Source: Candidatus Saccharimonadota bacterium
Lineage (GTDB): Bacteria > Patescibacteriota > Saccharimonadia > Saccharimonadales > UBA4665
DNA: 32,000 bases
Assembly: GCA_016699935.1 (NCBI GenBank)
Contig: CP064992.1
Coordinates: forward strand, 780,001 to 812,000
Direction of reading: 5' to 3'
Below the pieces are notes generated by a model that was not told where the DNA came from, made no database searches, and worked only from the letters and a program-made list of their open reading frames with translations. A program made the translations under genes and the position numbers. Position 1 is the first letter of the stretch, and every line of letters starts with the position of its first letter. This document shows, piece after piece, positions 24,776 through 32,000 of this stretch.

Positions 24776-27296
24776 CTACCAAACCTTACTTTTCTTGCGG
24801 CGAAATGGTGGGCGACGCTTGCCTTCGGGCGCTTTAGCGAGTAGTTTCAAAGCCATTTCTTGGGTGATTGTCGTAGGATCAGTCTTCTTGTCTATCTTGG
24901 CGTTTTTCTTGCCATCGGTGACGTATGGACCCCACCTGCCCTTCAGGACTTTGACGCCATTACCGAAGTCGGCGATGTTTTTTTCAGCCTCTGCAACAAG
25001 CTTGGCAGCATAAAGTTCTCGAGCTTTTTCTAACGTGATAGTATGGGGGTCTTCGTCTTTCGTGCTGACGAATAACTTACCTATTTGGATATATGGTCCA
25101 AAACGACCGATGTTAGCACGGATATCTTGGCCGTCTTCGGTTTGCCCGACTAAACGAGGGAGTTGAAACGCAACTAGTGCTTCTTCGACGGTGATGGTTT
25201 CTATACGTGCGCCCTTTGGAAGCGGTGCATTCTGTGGTTTTTCGGACTTGCTTGCTTTATCGCCTGCTTCGCCAAGTTGTAGGTACGGCCCGAACCTGCC
25301 GAATCGGGCGTAGATGGTTTTGCCGCTCTTGGGGTCGATGCCAACTTCCCTCGCCTGTGCCACGGTGCTGCGGTCGATATCGCCAGATTTGGCGACAAGG
25401 GCGTGAAAAGGCTCATAAAAGCTTTGTAGCATGGTATTTCGCTCTAGTTTTGCTTCGGCAATGTCGTCAAAGTGCTCTTCGACACTTGCCGTGAAGCCAT
25501 AGTCAATAACAGGCTCGAAATGATCAGTCAAAAAGTCGGCAATCAATTGCCCACTAGGTGTTGGGACTAGTTTGCCTTTGGTAGCACCGGTGTTTTCCTG
25601 GACGATTTGACGCTGAACGGTGAAATTATTTAGGATAGTTGATGATTCCGTTTCTGTTCTTGAAAAGGGGCTCGCCCCTCTTGAGGTGATTTCATCGCTT
25701 CGCTCGGAATCAGCCTCCACTCCCCGTTCGCTGTTCGCTCATGCCCGTGCTGCGCACGGGTTTCCTCGGTAGTTGATTTTGATGCCACTCTTATCTCTTG
25801 TCTCTTGTCTCTTAACTCTATTTGTATGACATCGCGGGGGTCCCTTCGCTGTCACCGCGCTCTACGTAGCCACGGGTTTGGATGGTGCCGATAATGGTGG
25901 CGTAGGTGCTTGGGCGGCCTATACCGAGTTCCTCGAGCTTTTTCACCAGTGAACCTTCGGTGTATCGTGCTGGTGCGCGGGCGAAGACCTGACGGGCGGT
26001 GGCGGACTGGAGTTTCACTTCATCTCCTGCGGACAACAGGGGTAGAATGGCGTCTTCTTTACTTCGTCCGTATACTTTCAGGAATCCGTCAAAGGTAATT
26101 ACTTCGCCCTTGGCCTCAAATACTGAATTCTGAATACTGAATTCTGAATTCTGAGTAGCTATGGTGATGACGGTTTTTTCAAGTTTGGCCGGGCTCATTT
26201 GGCTGGCGAGTGTGCGTTTGCGGATGAGTTCATATAGTTTTTGGTCGTACGGGTCACTGCTAGCGACCTCGAGGCTCATATTGGTCGGGCGAATGGCCTC
26301 GTGGGCTTCCTGGGCGCCTTTACTTTTGGTCTTGAACGTGCGAGCTTGAACGTACTGTTTGCCGTAGGTCTTTTCGATAAAGCCGGCGGCAGCAGCAATA
26401 GCTTGCGCGCTGAGCGACATGGAATCGGTACGCATGTAGGTTATCTTCCCTGCCTGGTATAGCTTTTGAGCGCTAGTCATTGTGGCACGGGAGCCGAAAC
26501 CGAGTTTGGCATTGGCTTCTTGCTGGAGGGTGCTGGTAGTGAAAGGCGCTCCCGGATTGCGTGTCCCAGGGGTGGTAGAGACATCCGAGACGGAAAATGT
26601 AGTGCTAGACAGACTAGCGAGGAACTCGTGGGCGGTGGTTTCGTCAGCAAACCGTGTCGGGACCTCAGCCTTTAGCACGTCTTCGTCGTGTGTGAATTGC
26701 GCAGTGACCTTGAAGTCGGATTGGCTTTCAAACGCCATAATCTCGCGCTCACGCTCCACGAGTAGTCGGACAGCGGGGCTTTGCACGCGGCCAGCGCTCT
26801 TACCGCCGGGTACCTTTTGCCAGACAACGGGGCTTAGTTCGAAGCCAACTATGCGGTCTAGAATTTGCCGAGCCTGTTGAGCCTCGACAAGCTTCATATT
26901 GACGGTACGCGGGTGCTTGACAGCCTCTTCTATAGCGGGTTTGGTGATTTCGTGGAACACAATACGGTTGGTTTTGGCGGGGTCAAGGCCGAGGACTTCA
27001 CAGAGGTGCCAGGCTATTGCCTCCCCCTCACGGTCTTCATCAGTTGCTAACCAGACGGTATCAGCTACTTTGACGGCTTTTTTAAGCTCGGAGATGACCT
27101 TCTTTTTCTCTGGATCGACCTCGTACTGGGTCTTGAAGCCATTCGTTATATCTATAACTGGCGTACCGTCTTTGGATTTTTTTGGGATAGCCCGGATATG
27201 GCCGATGCTGCTGAGCACGGTGAAATCACCACCGAGGTATTTCTCGATGGTTTTTGCTTTTGCCGGGCTTTCGACGATGACCAGGTTTTTTGCCAT
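24776..27296 (-). CDS. topA: DNA topoisomerase I, split into 492 aa and 314 aa ORFs by a ~175 nt intervening element
   Basis: The N-part 25818..27296 has Toprim (VIVESPAKAKTIEKYLG, TDEDREGEAIAWH), active-site ITYMRTDS and IIGTIQTRGYVERGDSEGT. The C-part 24776..25720 resumes at ..ILNNFTVQRQIVQENTGATKGKLVPTPSGQLIADFL and carries three GRFGPY-type C-terminal repeats. The two parts are in different frames. Confidence 0.9.
25646..25820 (-). other. intervening hairpin/repeat element inside topA (boundaries approximate)
   Basis: It begins at the TAG that ends the N-part. It contains AAGAGACAAGAGACAAGAGATAAGAG and hairpin CCCGTGC/GCACGGG (25744-25760). It also has the repeat GATTCCGAGCGAAGCGATGAAATC (25688-25711) and a terminator-like GGGGCGAGCCCC+TTTT (25662-25677). 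No single frame is open across it. Confidence 0.6.
26119..26153. repeat. heptamer tandem repeat x5 (AATACTG AATTCTG AATACTG AATTCTG AATTCTG) inside the topA coding sequence
   Basis: Read directly from the sequence. It encodes ..QNSEFSIQNSVFE.. on the minus strand and contains three GAATTC sites. Confidence 0.9.
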
Positions 27297-27483
27297 AAAC
27301 TTCTTACAGTATATACACTTAAATATATTTAGCCATAGAACGATTGGAAAGCATACATGACCTGCGGCAGTATAGTCAATAGCGAACGATTCATTGGGAA
27401 ATCTTAGGAAAATATTTATCGTTAGTGCTCTATGTATTTATATAGGCGATGCACGAGTGCGTAGCGCGAGCTTTAGGAGGAGA

Positions 27484-27530
27484 GTCTTTTCGAATTTATT
27501 TCGAAAAGACGAGGAGGGCGAGCCCTTCCT
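27484..27530 (-). terminator. hairpin pair between dprA and topA (possible dprA terminator)
   Basis: An 11 bp stem pairs GTCTTTTCGAA with TTCGAAAAGAC (27484-27510). Next to it is a GGAGGGCGAGCCCTTCC hairpin, which on the minus strand is followed by TCGTCTTTTCG. Confidence 0.35.
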
Positions 27531-28394
27531 TTAGTTCGGGGCCCAGTGGTTATTGCCCAGTGGGTGAATTTTAACGGAGAGCTCTAGCATGGTGAGCGTC
27601 TGGGTAAACAAGGTTGGGTCGAGCTTACTCTGGCCCAGCAGGTCATGCGCGTCACTGACGCCGTTGTACAGGAGGTCGAGGATGATTTGCTCGTCGGCAT
27701 TATCACCCTTGTGTATGTATGCAGTGGTGATGAGATTTTTTGTCCCAAGTGCAAAGAGGATGTCGTCGACAGAGGTGACTGGTGTCGCACCGGATTTTAT
27801 AAGTTGGTTACAGCCCACGCTGTTCGGACTCGTAATATTGCCAGGAACGACCAGGACATCGCGTCCTTGTTCGAGCGCAAATCGCGCAGTGTGTAGCGTG
27901 CCGCTTTTATCGGTTGCTTCTACGATGAGTAGCGCATTGCTCAAGCCAGCGACTATGCGGTTGCGGGCTATAAAGTTTTGCTTGAAGCTTGGTGTCCCCA
28001 CCGGATATTCTGAGATGATAGCCCCGCCCTGCGCCAGCAGGCGCTTTGCCAGGTTGGTATTGCTGGCCGGGTAGATTTCATCGAGGCCGTTTGCTAGAAC
28101 CGCAAGATGTTGACCGCCATGTTTTAGGGCGATTTCATGGGCGATAGCATCGACACCAAGTGCTAGACCACTGACAATGGTAATTCCACGCTCTGCCAGT
28201 TGACCGGCAAGTTGCTCTGTCACCGTCCGTCCATATGGAGTGACACCACGGCTGCCCACTATGGCGACGCGAGGTCTTGCCAGCCATGTATCTGGCCCCG
28301 CTCCAAGGTAGAATAGCTCTTTTGGCGGCGAAGCAATATCCTTCAGAAGCTTAGGATAAGCAGGATCTATTAATGTAACTTTATTTACTTTCAT
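27531..28394 (-). CDS. dprA: DNA-processing protein DprA (Smf)
   Basis: Intact 287 aa ORF with the Rossmann-like DprA core: VAIVGSRGVTPYG, IVSGLALGVDAIAHEIAL, LANGLDEIYP, FIARNRIVAGLS, TDKSGTLHTARFALEQGRDV. Confidence 0.9.
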   Translation of the reverse strand: MKVNKVTLIDPAYPKLLKDIASPPKELFYLGAGPDTWLARPRVAIVGSRGVTPYGRTVTEQLAGQLAERGITIVSGLALGVDAIAHEIALKHGGQHLAVLANGLDEIYPASNTNLAKRLLAQGGAIISEYPVGTPSFKQNFIARNRIVAGLSNALLIVEATDKSGTLHTARFALEQGRDVLVVPGNITSPNSVGCNQLIKSGATPVTSVDDILFALGTKNLITTAYIHKGDNADEQIILDLLYNGVSDAHDLLGQSKLDPTLFTQTLTMLELSVKIHPLGNNHWAPN

Positions 28395-28413
28395 ACCAAA
28401 ACGTTAATAAGTA

Positions 28414-28441
28414 TTGACACTCTGACACTTTTTGCTAAAAT
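28414..28441 (+). promoter_or_regulatory. promoter TTGACA-16-TAAAAT, divergent from dprA
   Basis: TTGACA at 28414-28419 and TAAAAT at 28436-28441. Confidence 0.55.
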
Positions 28442-28447
28442 AGCAAC

Positions 28448-28857
28448 TCATAAGTGATTGTCACCTTTGTAGTGACCACTTTTGCACCTTATATCCCCAT
28501 TCTAACGCCTCCGGCGACATGTCGCCAGAGGAAAATGTTAGATTGTTTTAGAACGTGCCATATCAAAAGTTGTTACCCTCCACTTTTCTCTTGGCGTTCT
28601 CTGGCGAAAGCTGGAAGCGTTCTAAAACAAACTAACCCCTTTAACTAGGTTCGGTACGTGCTTGCACGGACTGGCCCCAGATACTGGTAGTGAGCCTGAA
28701 CGGTTCTTCCGCGTAAGCGGGGAAGCACGACATCGTTGATTTCATAGATGTTTCGATGCTTCACTCATCTTGGTGGGTTGAAGGGTGGAGGGAGCCGACG
28801 CGTTCGGCTCCATAAATAGGGTTTACAGCGGTGCCCACCCCTCTGTAAACCCTTTTT
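28448..28857 (+). ncRNA. candidate ~410 nt structured non-coding RNA (class unknown)
   Basis: It is bounded by the 28414 promoter and the 28818-28857 terminator. A 13 bp long-range helix pairs TTGTTTTAGAACG (28543-28555) with CGTTCTAAAACAA (28618-28630). CCCTCCAC (28576-28583) is complementary to GTGGAGGG (28785-28792). Several local hairpins are present, including GGAGCCGA/TCGGCTCC and a GTAA-capped stem. No convincing ORF. Confidence 0.45.
28818..28857 (+). terminator. intrinsic terminator AGGGTTTACAG-14-CTGTAAACCCT plus T5
   Basis: An 11 bp stem (28818-28828 with 28843-28853) is followed by TTTTT. Confidence 0.65.
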
Positions 28858-28984
28858 ATGTTACTGAGATTATCGCCCTCTATATTAAGTTGCTCAGCTT
28901 ACGCAAATATATTTTGCTAATGTTACCTTAAAAGATTGCACGGTGTGAGCAACATATTCATTGACCGATTTCTAAAGCATACAA

Positions 28985-29524
28985 ATGAATTCATCTAACG
29001 AGCTTATTCACACTTATATCCAAGAAAGACGTAGGTCTTTTGGAGAAATGGTAGATAAGCTTCTTGGGAACCCCAAATATAAGTCCCACGACGCTCACCG
29101 AATATTAATAGGGTTAGAGCGCGTGGATGATGATCTCGTAGCCTTACCCTATTCTGTGCGTGAAGAAGCTTTTGGCGGAGAGTACGGTTGGCAAAATTGG
29201 ATTCACGCTAGTTTAGCTGGGGTGGTGCATTATGAGCTTTTCGATTTAAGAAAGAAGGCACATATCCCCGGGGATCCTTTGTCATCAAAGGCGCTGTTAT
29301 TCGGGTACGGAAAAGTAGCCAGTGATTCCGTAGGGCCGATCTATCGTCTTAATGTTACCGGCTTTTCGGACTGTGCAAATGAGGTTAGTCATCGTTTTAC
29401 AATGGATCAGGAAGAAGCCTTTAAAATGGTTGGACAGGCACTCGGTGATTTAGTGCTTGCAGTCGTTGCTCGCGGTAGTGGCAGCCGAATAGAGATTCCA
29501 GATATGCCCCCAGAATGTTCATGA
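28985..29524 (+). CDS. hypothetical protein (179 aa)
   Basis: Intact ORF ending in TGA. No recognisable motifs. Confidence 0.55.
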   Translation: MNSSNELIHTYIQERRRSFGEMVDKLLGNPKYKSHDAHRILIGLERVDDDLVALPYSVREEAFGGEYGWQNWIHASLAGVVHYELFDLRKKAHIPGDPLSSKALLFGYGKVASDSVGPIYRLNVTGFSDCANEVSHRFTMDQEEAFKMVGQALGDLVLAVVARGSGSRIEIPDMPPECS

Positions 29525-29813
29525 ATGTTTCGGTCTTTGAGCGGAGTAGCTCTTATAAAAATGTGCGGGTTTCGCGGGTGACGGGAGAGCCGTAGGTGTA
29601 TCAGTTCATAGGGGATACTATTGTGGGCATGGCTTGTACCGGACTCTTACGGCCGGCGACTAGCAGAGATAGCCCCTACTGACTTTTTGTTTGTACATTT
29701 TGCGATATGAGTGCCTATAACTAAAATTACAGTGTTAGAACGAGAGTATGTATTTCATTAGAAAAGCACGTAGCAGTTAAATTCGAAACCGTATTTTCAA
29801 AATTTCAAATGGG

Positions 29814-31732
29814 TTAGTTTTGCTTGCGGGTAGTAAGGCTGAGGGTAAGGGCGCTGGCGATGATGAGGGTGCTCAGGAGTGATACAAGTAGACTATTTGT
29901 GCCCGTGTTTTCGAGCCGAGGTTTTGCAGCTGATGGGGTGGTTGTGGAGGCGCCAAGTACGTGTGGTGTTTCTGGCTTAATGCTGGCGACAAAAGTGGTG
30001 CCCATTCCTGTACTCCCCTGTTTGTTGAGATTTCGGTGGCGACTTTCAGGTTGGCGCGTGCTACTACTGCCGTTACTGGATTCCGAGTCATATTGCGACT
30101 TGCTTCCCCGTAGTAGCTAGCAGGATACAGTGTACCAATCAGCTGCGTACCGTCGGGTGAGAAAAAGACTGGCACAAAACCTTCGGCGAGTTTTTTCAGT
30201 TTTTCACGACTTCCGTCTACAACACTGACATAGAAGTAAGTGCAGCCAGTGTAGTAATGGTACTTGTTTTGAGGGTAATTGCAGCCATCTTCTACGTCGG
30301 CAACCAGCAGGACGCTATTATCTGGTGCAGCATCTATGTAGAACTCAGAAACGTTTTTTGAATGAGTCAGTTTGGTGGCTTCTGTTTGGCCGCTGGCTAT
30401 TACCCATATATTTGACTGTGCATCGCTAGGATTACCGTTTTTACTATTGGTTCGGCTGAAATAGATATTGCCGTTTTGAGCGTAACCGCCACTTAGCAAA
30501 CCATCGACTCGTGGTGCTACGATTGTGGTAATTTGGCCTGTTTCAAGATTCACATTTTCTATGGTAGTCAATTTGTACAGCATAAATATCGGATCAACCC
30601 AGTAGTTAGAATCGTTGCCAGTTGAAGTTACAGGAAAGACACCAGGGCTAGCGCTAATGACCCCGTTTGGTCTACTGCTTTTTGATTTTAAGGCTGTCAG
30701 AACACCATTCGTCACATCCGAGCTAAATGAGTTGTTTGTTGCCGCATATCGTTTATTGCTCGGCGAGTAAGAAATGGTATATATCCTATCTGCTTGGATA
30801 TCAACTGGCTCGGCGAAATACAATGATTGCCATTGACTATACTGATGATAGGTCTGGATATAAATATCGTTATTGGATGCAAGCAATGTGCCATTTTTAG
30901 CCCACAAATTTATATCATAGTAAGCGTAGTCCCCATCCGTACAGACTGGGTTATATAAACCCTCGCTATCGTAGTTATTGCATGCTGGCACATAAACACT
31001 TGCCCCTGCGACGTATCCGTCGATACTGCTTTTAAACTTTAGACCTAGTTCCAGGTCAGTATTATCTTGATATATACCTGGAACAATACCCCCTGTGTAT
31101 CCTTCCCATATGCTTTGTGAGTAATCCATCGGGTCTGTAACGCGGGTAACTAAAACATTTTTTCCGTCTGGAGAAATTGATAGTTCCCTGACGCTATCGT
31201 AAACGGGTACTCCCTCAATCATAGGATTGAAAGTAACTACATTTTCAGGATTTGAGATTGGGTTGCCATTTTTGTCAATGGTAACAGATGATATTGAAGC
31301 TTGGCTTCGTAGGTTTGGGTCTTCGCCAGTGCAAGGATTTTGCGATGTGCTGTCTGTATCGTCGATAACCTTGCTATCATTCGTACACTTGGCTTGTTCT
31401 GAATAAACGATTGTGTGATTTCCGTCGGTGTCTGGTGCGGAAATAGTGGCTGTTTCTACGCCGTTGCTTGTTTCGGCGGCCACGATATTGCCAGTACCGT
31501 CGGACGCGGAGGTGATTACCTGACTTACGGACTCTTCAGTTTCAGTTTCTTTATTTACATCCGATGAAGTGATGTCGGTGTATAGTATTCTGCCATTGTC
31601 GCCCTCTAGTGCGGCATAGGCATGCGACGGCGTTAGCGCAGCTAAGCCGAAAACCGTAATTACCGCCAGAATAGGTGGTAATACTATTTTGTAACTATAC
31701 TCATAGCACAAACTCCCCTCGTTAAAGCTCAC
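29814..31732 (-). CDS. secreted surface protein: PD40/TolB-like repeats, DUF4082 domain and sortase-type C-terminal sorting signal; one frameshift as sequenced
   Basis: Signal peptide ILAVITVFGLAALTPSHAYA. PD40-like ISPDGKNVLVTR and FFSPDGTQLIG. DUF4082-like LELGLKFKSSIDGYVAGASVYV...INLWAKNGTLLA...QWQSLYFAEPVDIQADRIYTISY...NYWVDPIF. Reading the C3 run at 30001-30003 (G3 on the coding strand) as 4 bases joins ORF 29814..30005. That ORF ends ..PRLENTGTNSLLVSLLSTLIIASALTLSLTTRKQN (motif, TM, basic tail). Confidence 0.75.
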
Positions 31733-32000
31733 ATTGTGTCTTCGTTATACTCCCGTGTTTTTCGGCTGTCAATGATCTGTGTTACTTGTCAATTTCGCCA
31801 CGATTTTGCATGGCAGCGGCGAACTAAATAAGCATTAATTCCTTGACGGCTAGTATGCTAAAGCCCTCTATCTCTTAAAAATACTTTTAACCATCGTCAA
31901 AAAGAACACCACATAGCCATACGATGCCATTATCCGTTTGCTAATCTGGCGAGATTTTTCTCAGAAGTCAGTCGTTGTTTGTAAGAATTATCACAAATAT

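Noticed and set aside
25646-25820. Intein or in-frame protein insertion in TopA.
   Set aside because: At ~58 codon-equivalents it is far too short for an intein. No single frame is open across the segment, and it shows hairpins and terminator-like structure typical of non-coding DNA. A group I/II intron is also unlikely at this size, though RNA-level removal was not excluded (see findings).
28454-28648. 64 aa ORF at the start of the structured-RNA candidate.
   Set aside because: It has a GTG start with no SD, lies directly at the predicted transcription start, and has an odd Cys/Pro/Phe-rich composition. The nucleotide sequence is better explained by base-pairing.

Overview
The window is 32 kb of a small, streamlined bacterial chromosome. 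Gene content suggests a Gram-positive-type CPR/Saccharibacteria-like organism, but that taxonomic call is inference only.

Content from left to right:
- A DUF218/SanA-like gene, a conserved hypothetical, and a large AcrB-type RND efflux permease.
- Small membrane and hypothetical genes (Excalibur domain, DUF937).
- An accessory block: a DUF4868/KwaB-like gene with a tiny membrane ORF, a PaaX/Cas2-fold regulator, a Pif1-type helicase with HRDC, a NYN-fold protein and an MBL-fold hydrolase.
- About 1.4 kb of hairpin-rich sequence of unclear coding status.
- A compact dcw cluster: mraZ, rsmH, ftsL-like, ftsI, mraY, ftsW, murG, ftsQ-like.
- On the minus strand: a hypothetical, a sigma-region-4/HARE-HTH protein, topA and dprA.
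- A hypothetical (+) and a large PD40/DUF4082 surface protein (-) with a sortase-type C-terminus.

I found no tRNA, rRNA gene, CRISPR array or transposase.

Main hunt results:
1. There are about 20 reading-frame breaks. Nearly all are repairable by +/-1 base in a homopolymer, so the ORF track fragments many genes. I merged those fragments into single features.
2. topA is additionally interrupted by a ~175 nt hairpin/repeat element. It is related to a 0.6 kb hairpin array downstream of topA, which also holds a segment resembling the 5' end of 16S rRNA.
3. The mraZ-rsmH spacer is abnormally long (656 nt) and contains a 20 bp long-range helix or inverted repeat and a heptamer repeat.
4. A ~410 nt structured-RNA candidate beside dprA runs from a promoter to a terminator.
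5. A 24 nt palindrome family sits at four gene boundaries, and two copies bracket the PaaX-like gene.
6. Four genes have a -10 box 6-7 nt before the ATG, which implies leaderless mRNAs.
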